Positions 50,589-60,030 of a stretch of 64,000 bases of DNA are shown here, piece after piece; within the stretch, counting starts at the first letter, position 1; each line of letters opens with the position of its first letter. Both the position numbers and the translations under genes were made by a program. The DNA is from Candidatus Aenigmatarchaeota archaeon (GTDB lineage Archaea; Aenigmatarchaeota; Aenigmatarchaeia; GW2011-AR5). The notes beneath the pieces were generated by a model, which did no database searches, was not told the origin of the DNA, and saw nothing but the letters and a program-made list of their open reading frames with translations. The stretch is from assembly GCA_039091535.1 (NCBI GenBank), contig JAWCLW010000001.1:11881-75880 (forward strand), in the 5' to 3' direction.

Positions 50589-51578
50589 TCAAAAACCTAA
50601 TATTTTACCTGCAATTATTTTTGCTTCTTTTTCATTTTTTATGTTATTTATTAATATTCTACCATTATTGAACAATGTTATATTTTTATTATAATATTTC
50701 ATACTAAGAAAAAATTTATGTAATCTTATTATTTCAAAATCTTGATTTCTCTTTATTTTATTTTTTATTTTCTCTAAATCTAGTTCTATTTTTTCTTTTG
50801 GTATAAATTGGAATGAGCTTCCGCAAACTTTCTTAATTCCATTTATTTCTTTTTCTAAGAATTCATAAATACCGTTACATGTAATACACTTTTTCCTTTT
50901 CTTTATTTTTATCAATTCAAATTTATTCTCCAAAATATCTAAGTGTAATATCTTATTTGATATTATATTCTTATAATTTGTAATGTATTTTATTGCTTCT
51001 ATTGAAGCAAGTAAGCCAATAATCCCAACTACAGGAGATAATACACCAACTGTTTCACATGTATCTAAGTAATATGATGGTTTTGGAATGATACATCTCA
51101 AGCAGGGTGTTTTATCAGGTATTATAAATGATATTATACCTTCACTACGTATTGCTGCTGTATAAATGAATGGTATTTTATTTTTCATACAAAAGTCATT
51201 TATCAAAAATCTTGTTTCATTGTTATCTGTACAATCTATTATTAGATCACTATTTTTAAGCAAATCATCGATGTTTGTTGAATTCAAATCTTCACAGAAT
51301 GCAAATATATTAATTTCATTGTTTACATTCTCTAATTTTTCTTTTAACGCTATTGCCTTTGGTTTTCCTATATCGCTTTGGGTATATAACTGTCTCTGCA
51401 AATTATTCAATTCAACAATATCTCTATCTATTAATATCAAATTTGCCCCAGATCTTGCTAGATATTCTGCAGCCACAGAACCTGTACCGCCAAGACCTAT
51501 TATTGCTATATGTGATTTTAATATTTTATTTTGCTTTTCTTTTCCTAGAAATACAATCTGTCTTGAATACCTTCTCAT
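50589..51578 (-). CDS. ThiF/MoeB E1-like adenylyltransferase
   Basis: RYSRQ, GLGGTGS, DRDIVELNNLQRQ, DCTDN, CLRC, TCETVG, CITC. Confidence 0.93.
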   Translation of the reverse strand: MRRYSRQIVFLGKEKQNKILKSHIAIIGLGGTGSVAAEYLARSGANLILIDRDIVELNNLQRQLYTQSDIGKPKAIALKEKLENVNNEINIFAFCEDLNSTNIDDLLKNSDLIIDCTDNNETRFLINDFCMKNKIPFIYTAAIRSEGIISFIIPDKTPCLRCIIPKPSYYLDTCETVGVLSPVVGIIGLLASIEAIKYITNYKNIISNKILHLDILENKFELIKIKKRKKCITCNGIYEFLEKEINGIKKVCGSSFQFIPKEKIELDLEKIKNKIKRNQDFEIIRLHKFFLSMKYYNKNITLFNNGRILINNIKNEKEAKIIAGKILGF

Positions 51579-51614
51579 AACTGAATAGTTTAACTTAAAT
51601 ATTTTAAAATAATT

Positions 51615-52160
51615 ATGTCATTCATGATAAGAGCAATTTATGCAGGAAGTTTTGACCCTATTCATTTTGGACATTTGAATATCATTGAAAGGAGTACAAA
51701 ACTTTTTGACGAACTTATAATTGGTGTAGGCGAAGACCCACGAAAAAAATATCTCTTTACATTAGATGAAAGAATAGAATTTATAGAAGATGCCCTAAGT
51801 TACATTGATAAAAATTATGTTAACAAAATATTTATCGAATATTTTAGTGGATTATTAATAGAATTTGCAAAAGCAAAAAATGCGAATGTTATCATAAGAG
51901 GCTTGAGAGAGAACACAGATTTCAGTCGTGAATTTCAGTTGGGGCTTACAAACATGGACATAGATAATAATATTGAAACAATTTTTCTTTTAGCAACACC
52001 AGAACATTTGTTTATAAGTTCTAGTATGTTAAAAGAAATAACGATGTATGGTGGCGACATCTCAAAATATGTAACAAAAAAAGTTGAAACAGCACTAAAA
52101 GAAAAATTCAAAAAATATAAAAATAAAGAAAAAATTCCAAAAGGGATATTTGAGGATTAA
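51615..52160 (+). CDS. coaD: phosphopantetheine adenylyltransferase, bacterial type
   Basis: YAGSFDPIHFGHLNIIER, IRGLR..TDF..E, ISSSMLKE..YGGDI. Confidence 0.93.
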   Translation: MSFMIRAIYAGSFDPIHFGHLNIIERSTKLFDELIIGVGEDPRKKYLFTLDERIEFIEDALSYIDKNYVNKIFIEYFSGLLIEFAKAKNANVIIRGLRENTDFSREFQLGLTNMDIDNNIETIFLLATPEHLFISSSMLKEITMYGGDISKYVTKKVETALKEKFKKYKNKEKIPKGIFED

Positions 52161-52162
52161 AA

Positions 52163-52603
52163 TTATATAATTTTTATAAATTCTTCTTTCACTTTATTTA
52201 GTATTAATTTTGTTTCTGTTCTTTCAACAAAATCAAATGTTTGTATTTTTTTCAAAAATCTATCAAGCTCTTTTCTACTTTTAAAATTTGCTATTACCAT
52301 AACATCAAACTGTCCTGTAATGTCATAAACAGCACCAACGTTTGGATGTGATGCAATCTTTCTTTCAACATCAAATAATTTTCCTTTAGAAACGCGAATA
52401 TCGATAATAACATTAAGATCATAACCAAGCTTTTCATAATTCAATTTTGTAGTGTATTTCTCTACGATACCATTCTTCTCTAATTTATTTACCCTATTCA
52501 TAATTGTTGCAACACTTATTCCAAGCTTCTTTGCAATCTTTCTATAAGATAACTTTGAATTTTCTAAGATAAGATTCAAAATTTTCTTATCTATTTCATC
52601 CAT
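52163..52603 (-). CDS. Lrp/AsnC transcriptional regulator
   Basis: MDEIDKKIL..HTH, LGYDL, YDITGQFD; divergent from glnA. Confidence 0.95.
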   Translation of the reverse strand: MDEIDKKILNLILENSKLSYRKIAKKLGISVATIMNRVNKLEKNGIVEKYTTKLNYEKLGYDLNVIIDIRVSKGKLFDVERKIASHPNVGAVYDITGQFDVMVIANFKSRKELDRFLKKIQTFDFVERTETKLILNKVKEEFIKII

Positions 52604-52753
52604 AAATACACCATTCGTTTAAAAATATATTATATTTTGATTAATTAATGAACAAATATTTAAAATTATAATTTTTAAAATTACATTTGTTTAATAAATT
52701 TGATATAAACTATATTTATTCTTTTATGCATAAATAGTGTATGGGGTGATGCG

Positions 52754-54076
52754 ATGGATGAAAAAGAACTTTTAGATAGAATTGAGGCTGATAATGTTAA
52801 ATATATTTGTTTGATGTTCACAGATATTCTTGGGACAAATAAAAGTGTGGAGATTCCAAAAAATCAGATTAAGAAGGCATTGAATGGTGAAATAGCATTT
52901 GACGGTTCATCAATAGAAGGATTTGTACGAATAGAAGAATCAGACATGCTTTTAAAGCCTGATTTAGATACATATGTTGTATTTCCATTTAACAAAGAAA
53001 ATAGCAAATCCAAAGTTGCACGATTAATATGTGATGTACATCTTCCAAATGGAGATAAATTTTCTGGATGCCCTAGAACAGCCTTAGAAAATTTTGTAGA
53101 TAAAATAAATAGAAAATATGGATATATTATGAAAGCTGGCACAGAGATAGAATTCTTCCTTTTTAAGAAAGATCAAAATGAAAATATAACAACAAACATA
53201 CACGACAATGCATCATATTTTGATATGGAGCCAATCAATAGAGGATCCAATGTATTGCATAACATAGTTGAAGTATTAGACTCTATGGGTTTTGAAGTTG
53301 AGGCAGCACACCATGAAGTTGCACCAAGTCAGTATGAAATAGATTTCAAATATGCTGATGCTGTAAAAACAGCTGATAAAATAATCACATTAAAATATAT
53401 TGTAAAAAAGATCGCTGATAAAGAGGGACTTTATGCAACATTTATGCCAAAACCTATATTTGGAGTAAATGGTTCTGGAATGCATACACATCAGAGCTTA
53501 TGGAAAGATGGAAAAAATCTTTTCTTTGATCCAGAAAAAGAAGATCAACTTAGTAATCTTGCACTTTATTACATTGGTGGCTTAATTAAGCATGCTAAAG
53601 GAATTACAGCTATAACAAATCCAATCGTAAATTCTTATAAAAGACTTGTACCAGGCTATGAAGCTCCTACAAACATAGCATGGGGGAAAAGAAATAGAAG
53701 CCCGCTTATAAGAATACCAGAAAAACGCGGAAATAGTACAAGAATTGAATATAGATCTCCAGACCCTTCATGTAATCCATATCTTGCATTGCTCGTAATG
53801 TTAGCAGCTGGTATTGATGGAATAGAAAATGAATACCATCCAGGTCCACCAATTGCTAGTAATGTATATCATATGGATGAAAGTGAAAAAAGAATTTTTG
53901 GAGTAGAAAAACTTCCAGCTGATTTGAACGAAGCATTAACATATCTAAAGAATGATGAAGTAATTAAAGAAGCGCTTGGAAAGCATATAGTTAGTAAATT
54001 TATAGAAGCTAAAGAAAAGGAATGGAATGAATATATATCACAAATCCATGATTGGGAGATAAAGAGATATTTATGA
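52754..54076 (+). CDS. glnA: glutamine synthetase type I
   Basis: FDGSSIEG, HHEVAPSQYE, FMPKP, NGSGMH, SYKRLVPGYEAP, RIEYRSPD. Confidence 0.98.
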   Translation: MDEKELLDRIEADNVKYICLMFTDILGTNKSVEIPKNQIKKALNGEIAFDGSSIEGFVRIEESDMLLKPDLDTYVVFPFNKENSKSKVARLICDVHLPNGDKFSGCPRTALENFVDKINRKYGYIMKAGTEIEFFLFKKDQNENITTNIHDNASYFDMEPINRGSNVLHNIVEVLDSMGFEVEAAHHEVAPSQYEIDFKYADAVKTADKIITLKYIVKKIADKEGLYATFMPKPIFGVNGSGMHTHQSLWKDGKNLFFDPEKEDQLSNLALYYIGGLIKHAKGITAITNPIVNSYKRLVPGYEAPTNIAWGKRNRSPLIRIPEKRGNSTRIEYRSPDPSCNPYLALLVMLAAGIDGIENEYHPGPPIASNVYHMDESEKRIFGVEKLPADLNEALTYLKNDEVIKEALGKHIVSKFIEAKEKEWNEYISQIHDWEIKRYL

Positions 54077-54133
54077 TTTTTTGAATCGAGATAAAGAAAA
54101 ATCCAACAAAATATAAAAATTGTTAAAAAAAGA

Positions 54134-54442
54134 TGCGAGGGGTCGGAATTTCTCAGATCCACAATATTTGATGAAGGCCTTCTATTTCTTTTGGTATATA
54201 AAAACCCTCTTTACCAAACAATGGATCTGTTTTGAACCGACGAACGGATTTGTCCAAAACGTTGCTTTGCAACGTCGCTGTCTAACCGACAAGGTCTCTT
54301 AATAAAGCGACATATATTTACGTTATTTTTTCCTACTTCTGAGCATCGCCTCAGCCCTAAGCTTCGCCTTGACCAATCTTGCGCCTTTGACCAATCAAGG
54401 AAACCGTTTCAAAAGAAACGGAACTGACTTGGCTACCCTCGC
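54134..54442 (-). tRNA. tRNA-Leu(TAG) with five introns
   Basis: Removing 54425-54394, 54377-54363, 54355-54296, 54281-54249 and 54230-54148 gives 86-nt GCGAGGGTAGCCAAGTCTGGTCAAAGGCGCAAGGCTTAGGACCTTGTCGGTTAGTCCGTTCGTCGGTTCAAATCCGACCCCTCGCA. Confidence 0.85.
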
Positions 54443-55053
54443 TTCTTAATGATAGAAATAATATTCTTTGAAAACAATTTAAAAACCTTTTCCTTACCAT
54501 AAAATACAGTAATATCATCAAAATATTTTTTTAACAGCTTTTTAAACTCACTCTTTGTAAATAAATGATAATATCGCATGAATTTTTTATTTTCAACTCT
54601 CCATGGTACATATATATCTTTTTTCTTTAAAAAGAATCTTGGTTGCCAACGATTCCAAACAGTAATCATAGCTTCTCCATTATTTTTCATAACCCTTTTC
54701 AATTCTTGTATACACATCTCTCTTTTTTCTTTTTCAATACAATGCAATGTTGCAATAAATATTATAAAATTGAAGGTATTGTCTTTAAATGGTAATGAAG
54801 AAGCATCGCATAAGACCAATTTAACATTCAGATTATTTTTAAAAATATATTTCTTTGCAAGTTTTAACATATTAAGAGATGAATCGATACCAACAAGATT
54901 TTTATTTTTGATAAAATGTCTTCCAGTACCACATCCTATATCAAGAATTATACCATTTTTATTATTCAGAAATTCCAAAACTTCACTAAATGGTTTTTTT
55001 CTAAGATTATACCATGAGCTTGCAATATTATCCCAAACCTCATTTTGATTCAT
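54433..55053 (-). CDS. class I SAM methyltransferase, Trm9/ALKBH8-like tRNA U34 methyltransferase
   Basis: VWDNIASSW...R..P, LDIGCGTGR, IATLHCI, ITVW, DIYVPW, RYYHLF. Confidence 0.8.
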   Translation of the reverse strand: MNQNEVWDNIASSWYNLRKKPFSEVLEFLNNKNGIILDIGCGTGRHFIKNKNLVGIDSSLNMLKLAKKYIFKNNLNVKLVLCDASSLPFKDNTFNFIIFIATLHCIEKEKREMCIQELKRVMKNNGEAMITVWNRWQPRFFLKKKDIYVPWRVENKKFMRYYHLFTKSEFKKLLKKYFDDITVFYGKEKVFKLFSKNIISIIKKRG

Positions 55054-55238
55054 ACATAACAATTTATTTTCTATTTTTTAAATTTTATCTCGTTTCAATT
55101 TTTCTATCTTAAATACTTTTCGTATAAAAATTATTTTAATGGTTAGGTAGGTAGATGAAGAATATTGGTTTTTTCTAATATTTTCTTCATTTGACTATTT
55201 CTAACCAATAAAAGAGAAATAAGGAAGGTGTTTTGAAA

Positions 55239-55556
55239 ATGTATGGAAGAAAGGAAAGAAGAGGTGGTTTTGGACACGGATCTACTCACGGTTTTGGGCG
55301 ACATAAGTTCGATAAACAAAAACCCGTAAAAATAGGTGAAGAATACAATATTAAAATAACAGATGTTGGCGCAAAAGGTGATGGTATAACAAAAATAGAC
55401 AATTTCATCATCTTTGTTGCTGGTACAAAAAAAGGAGAAGAATGCAGAATTCGTATAAAGGAGGTCGCAAGAAAATTTGCTATAGGTGAAAAAATCGGAG
55501 AGACTGAAGTAAAAGAAGAGGAAAGTGAAGAAGAGATTAAAGAAATAGAAGAATAG
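55239..55556 (+). CDS. stand-alone TRAM-domain RNA-binding protein
   Basis: PVKIGEEY, GAKGDGITKIDNFIIFV; Gly/Arg-rich N-terminus, acidic tail. Confidence 0.92.
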   Translation: MYGRKERRGGFGHGSTHGFGRHKFDKQKPVKIGEEYNIKITDVGAKGDGITKIDNFIIFVAGTKKGEECRIRIKEVARKFAIGEKIGETEVKEEESEEEIKEIEE

Positions 55557-55722
55557 TTTCATAAAAGTTTTTAATAAGACATTTCTTGATTCTATTTTAT
55601 TTTTAATAAGAATAAAGAAACTTTATAATTTTTTAAAAACTAAAAAACTATTCAAATACTCTAAAAATTAAATAAACAAATAAAACTTTAATTTTGTATC
55701 TAACGTCTACTAAACTAAATCA

Positions 55723-56127
55723 TCACTTTATTTTTATGGCTTTTATACCAAATAAACGCTCTAAGATTTTACTGATTATTTTTATATTTTTTCCATTTTT
55801 TCCTATTACTCTTGGTTTATCATTCTGCTTTAACTTAATGCTGACTACATTTTTGTTAATATCTATCTCTTGTATCTCTGGTATTGCATTTTTTACAAAT
55901 GTTTTCACATCTTCAGAATATTCAAAAATTCTTATATTTTTCTTAATAATCTTTTCTGCATTCTTTATTTTGATACCATTTTTTCCAACACTTAGGCCAT
56001 ATTGACCTTTTGCTACAACAAAATAGACATCATTATTTTCTTGGATGCAATCTATAACAGAAGAGCCTGTTAAATTATGAAATAGATTCATCAGTTGTAT
56101 CGTATTCTTGTCAAGAGTGATTCTCAT
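55723..56127 (-). CDS. nusA: archaeal NusA
   Basis: VIDC, VGKNG, IFEYSED, IGKNGKNI KH motifs; canonical position after L30e. Confidence 0.93.
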   Translation of the reverse strand: MRITLDKNTIQLMNLFHNLTGSSVIDCIQENNDVYFVVAKGQYGLSVGKNGIKIKNAEKIIKKNIRIFEYSEDVKTFVKNAIPEIQEIDINKNVVSIKLKQNDKPRVIGKNGKNIKIISKILERLFGIKAIKIK

Positions 56128-56133
56128 GATTAT

Positions 56134-56364
56134 CTATTCCTCGTAGCCTACCATTGCAACAGGGAAAGGTTTACCAACTTTTGTCCCTAGTTGTGATTGA
56201 TCACCATCAAATCTTTCTATTTTTACATCTTTGAAATTAGATAATTTCTCAATCAAAAAATCTGGACAATTATTTGCAACAATAATTCTTTTAATATTTC
56301 CATTTTTTATACCTTTAATTATTTCACGTGTTCCAATTACCCCATCCCTTCCTTTCTTAGCCAT
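56134..56364 (-). CDS. rpl30e: 50S ribosomal protein L30e (short)
   Basis: VIGTRE, IIVANNCP, LGTKVGKPF; lies between rpoA2 and nusA. Confidence 0.88.
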   Translation of the reverse strand: MAKKGRDGVIGTREIIKGIKNGNIKRIIVANNCPDFLIEKLSNFKDVKIERFDGDQSQLGTKVGKPFPVAMVGYEE

Positions 56365-56377
56365 ATAAATCACTTAT

Positions 56378-57481
56378 TTATTTCTTTTTTCTCAATTTTT
56401 CAACATCTACAGTTAACTTAACCATACCTGTACCAATAGGTGCAATCTGTCCTAAAAGTACATTCTCTATAATCCCATCAAGATTATCACTTTCACCATA
56501 GAACGATGCATTTACTAGATGTTTTTTTGTCTCTTCAAAATTTGCACGAGCAAGTACACTTGCCTTTTTTCCAGAAACACCATATCGACCTATATCCTTT
56601 ATAGTCCCATCAAATGTCATCATATCAGCAAGTAATCTTATATGACGTATATCAACATCAAGTCCCTGTTCATCCAATGTATTTTTAGTTTCTTGAAGTA
56701 TAACATTTCTTGCAGCCTCAATACCAAGAACTTCATAAACCTGATATACATCATTTGTTCTTGTTCTTTCAATATCAATCCAATCAAGTGATAAAATTTT
56801 CTTTAGGTTTGAGCCTGTTGTTCGTATTACCCAATCATCACCATCCTTTATAACAACAACATTTTCTATACCTTTTATACCATCTACATGCAGTTTGAGT
56901 ATTTTATTTTTTAATTTTCTTAGATTCTTTGCATCATTTTTTTCTGGCTTTATATATATTTTTTTGCCTTTTAGTGAAATTTCACAATTCTTAACATATT
57001 TATCAAGAATTTCTTTTATCTTATTTTTATTACTTTCTTTTTCTACTTCCATTTCAATTCTCAATTCTATTAAATCTATCGAGCTATATGTAATTAGGTC
57101 ACTTATTTTCAATGCCTTTATTTTACTTGCAAATTCTTTGGCTTTTTCCATTGTATTATATTCTGGTTTTAGGAATATTATCATATTCTTTTCGAATGTC
57201 TTTCTTGCATCAAAAATTTCTATAAGTCTTGGAAGACCATGTGTAACCTTGCTTAATCTATCGCTTTGCGATGCAAGTGTGTAAGATCGCATTGTCATCT
57301 GTGTAGCAGGCTCAGAGATGCTCTGTGCAGCTATTATTCCTATCGCCTCTCCAGGTTCGTATAAATATTTTTTTATTATTGTGGAAAGTAGTTTGAATTT
57401 TTCTTCTTTCTCTTTCTCAGATATATTATTTTTTTTGCAGTATTCATCAAATGCATCTAAAATATTTTTTGGTATATACAT
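56378..57481 (-). CDS. rpoA2: RNA polymerase subunit A'' (Rpo1C)
   Basis: PGEAIGIIAAQSISEPATQMT, GLPRLIE, LGIEAAR, RHIRLLADMM, GTG. Confidence 0.98.
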   Translation of the reverse strand: MYIPKNILDAFDEYCKKNNISEKEKEEKFKLLSTIIKKYLYEPGEAIGIIAAQSISEPATQMTMRSYTLASQSDRLSKVTHGLPRLIEIFDARKTFEKNMIIFLKPEYNTMEKAKEFASKIKALKISDLITYSSIDLIELRIEMEVEKESNKNKIKEILDKYVKNCEISLKGKKIYIKPEKNDAKNLRKLKNKILKLHVDGIKGIENVVVIKDGDDWVIRTTGSNLKKILSLDWIDIERTRTNDVYQVYEVLGIEAARNVILQETKNTLDEQGLDVDIRHIRLLADMMTFDGTIKDIGRYGVSGKKASVLARANFEETKKHLVNASFYGESDNLDGIIENVLLGQIAPIGTGMVKLTVDVEKLRKKK

Positions 57482-57496
57482 AATGATCATTTTATT

Positions 57497-60007
57497 TTAT
57501 TCGAATATTCTTTCTAAATTTATAGTGCCATTATCACTCTTTGCCGGATCAATACCATCTCCACCTGCCACAAATTGAATTATATGGTTTTTGCTATCTC
57601 TTACTGTTCCATCATATTCTACATGTAAATCCTGCAATGCATTGATAAGTCTTCTTTCCATATACCCGGAATGTCTTGTGTGCAATGATTTATCCATAAG
57701 ATTTTCTCTTGAGTTCATTGCATCAAAGAAGAATTCAAATGGATCAAGACCCTTCTTATAACCATCCCTAACAAAACCACATGCCTTAAGACCTATGTCA
57801 CCTTCTTTGAAGTGTGAAAGTGTCCTATTCAAAAAGCCTCTATGTATTCTTTCACCCTCTATTGCTTCTTGACCAACAAATCCACACATTTGCATAAGAT
57901 TAACAAATGAACCACGTGCTCCTGTCCTTGCCATTATAACAGCAGAGTTAAGCGGTAAATCGTTCTTTATTATTTCATTACACTGATTTGAGAGCACACC
58001 ACCAAGTTGAAGTATTCTTGTCTCAAGCGTCTGGCTCATAGTAAGACCTGCTATCTTTTCAAGTCTATTTGCATTATAAGCTTTTATCATCTCACTTATA
58101 TTCTTTTCATATTCTTCTATTATTGATTGTATTCTTTTTTCCGCTTTTTCACTCAAATCAACATCACTTATGGATATGCTAAATCCTTTTTTTGTCAAGA
58201 ATTCTAATGCCATTCTAGATACTTTATTTATGAAGTCCATTGCCTTTTGTGGACCATATTTTTTTTCTATAATATCAATTAATTTTCCCTTCTTTTCACC
58301 AAGTGCTGTATCATCGATAACACCCTTTTTAAGTACACCATTCCTTATTACAACATAAGAATCGTATGGGCAGTTTTCATATTCACATTTTTTGCATCGC
58401 ATGCATGTCTGCGATTTAAATTCTATGTTAAGATCCTTTGGGAGTATTATGCTAAATATCTCTTTTCCTGTATATGTTTCTTTGCGTTCAAAATTTTCTA
58501 TACCAATACTAAACAAAATTTTTACCGCATCTTTTAACGATAATTTTGTATCTTTTTTTGTTAATAAATAACAACCTGTTATGTGATCATGTTTACATGC
58601 AATCACAGGTGATCCATATCTTGGAGATCTTATATGATTTTCAATAGATAGAAGCATCTCTGCTTCTGTTTGTGCCTCTTCTGTTTGCGGTACATGCAAA
58701 TTCATTTCATCTCCATCAAAGTCTGCATTATAAGGTATTGTGGCTGTGAGATTTATCCTCAAAGTTCTGAAAGGCATAATTTTTGCTCTATGGGCCATCA
58801 TAGACATTCTATGCAATGAAGGTTGTCTATTTATCACTGTTATATCTCCATCCATTAAATGACGTTCAACTACGTATCCTATGTCTATCTCATTTGCTAT
58901 ATCTTTTTTATTTTCATCTGTGATTTTTTTTCGCACACCATCAGGTCTTATCACGTAATTGGCACCTGGGTGTGTATTCGGACCATTAAGTATAAGATTT
59001 TTCAGTGTTGAAATATTATTTTTATTAACCTTCACAGGTACTGTTAATTCTTTTGCTATTTCTAGTGGTATGCCAACTTCGTTTAGTGATATACATGGAT
59101 CAGGTGATATTACAGTTCTCGCAGAGAAATTTACACGCTTTCCAGCAAGATTTCCTCTGAAACGACCTTCTTTTTTACTCAATCTCTGCATGAGTGTCTT
59201 AAGAGCCCTTCCAGACCTATGTCTTGCTGGTGGTAGTGTAGATATTTCATTACTCATTAGAGTAGAAACATGATACTGTAATAATTCCCATATGTCAGCA
59301 ATGATAAAGTCGGGTGCACCTATTTCTAAATTCTTTTTTAATCTTTCATTTATCCTAACAACATCAACAAGTTTGTGAGTAATATCATCTTCGCTTCTTT
59401 CCCCTGTTTCAAGTATGATGGACGGTCTTACAGTTACAGGTGGTATTGGTAAAATTGTAAGTACAAACCATTCAGGTCTACCGCCAAATATTTTCAATAA
59501 TTTCAAGTCCTCATCTGTAATTTTTTCTAATCTTTGGCGAATTTCTTCGCTTGTAAGCTCGGTTTTTCCCTCTATATAAGTTGTCGGTTTTTGAAATTCT
59601 ATATTTTTTTGTTTCTCACCACAGTGTGGACATGTTTTTCTAGCTTTTTTATAAAGTTCTGGGAGAGGAAACTTCATTTCTTTTATCTCTTCATCTGTTG
59701 CAAGTGGTCTAGAACATTTTCTACATGTGGCACGTAGAAGCATAAAAATCTTTTTTCCATATAATGGATGGATAACAGGCTTCACAAGTTCTAGATAGCC
59801 AAAATGGCCAAGACACTGACCGATTGTTCCACCACATGTTCTGCATCTCAGGCCAGGGTCAACAACACCAAGGTGTAAATCACAAAGTCCCTTATCTATA
59901 GGATATCCATCAGGATCATATAATTCTGATTCTTCTATCCTTATTGCAGCCATCTCTTTTATCATTTTTGGGGACAAAAATCCAAAATCAATAGATTTTA
60001 CAGGCAT
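57497..60007 (-). CDS. rpoA1: RNA polymerase subunit A' (Rpo1N)
   Basis: NADFDGD active site, GKRVNFSARTVISPD, NRQPSLH. Confidence 0.99.
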   Translation of the reverse strand: MPVKSIDFGFLSPKMIKEMAAIRIEESELYDPDGYPIDKGLCDLHLGVVDPGLRCRTCGGTIGQCLGHFGYLELVKPVIHPLYGKKIFMLLRATCRKCSRPLATDEEIKEMKFPLPELYKKARKTCPHCGEKQKNIEFQKPTTYIEGKTELTSEEIRQRLEKITDEDLKLLKIFGGRPEWFVLTILPIPPVTVRPSIILETGERSEDDITHKLVDVVRINERLKKNLEIGAPDFIIADIWELLQYHVSTLMSNEISTLPPARHRSGRALKTLMQRLSKKEGRFRGNLAGKRVNFSARTVISPDPCISLNEVGIPLEIAKELTVPVKVNKNNISTLKNLILNGPNTHPGANYVIRPDGVRKKITDENKKDIANEIDIGYVVERHLMDGDITVINRQPSLHRMSMMAHRAKIMPFRTLRINLTATIPYNADFDGDEMNLHVPQTEEAQTEAEMLLSIENHIRSPRYGSPVIACKHDHITGCYLLTKKDTKLSLKDAVKILFSIGIENFERKETYTGKEIFSIILPKDLNIEFKSQTCMRCKKCEYENCPYDSYVVIRNGVLKKGVIDDTALGEKKGKLIDIIEKKYGPQKAMDFINKVSRMALEFLTKKGFSISISDVDLSEKAEKRIQSIIEEYEKNISEMIKAYNANRLEKIAGLTMSQTLETRILQLGGVLSNQCNEIIKNDLPLNSAVIMARTGARGSFVNLMQMCGFVGQEAIEGERIHRGFLNRTLSHFKEGDIGLKACGFVRDGYKKGLDPFEFFFDAMNSRENLMDKSLHTRHSGYMERRLINALQDLHVEYDGTVRDSKNHIIQFVAGGDGIDPAKSDNGTINLERIFE

Positions 60008-60030
60008 ATTTGACACCTCTTAACATAAAA

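Noticed and set aside
54120..54302. 60-aa ORF on +
   Set aside because: Antisense to the intron-containing tRNA-Leu; no protein motif
54349..54372. Alternative Leu anticodons GAG (CTGAGG) or CAA
   Set aside because: Only CTTA pairs with the TAAG before AG|ACCTTG to form the 37/38 BHB, and TGAGGCGATG is used in the intron's inner stem
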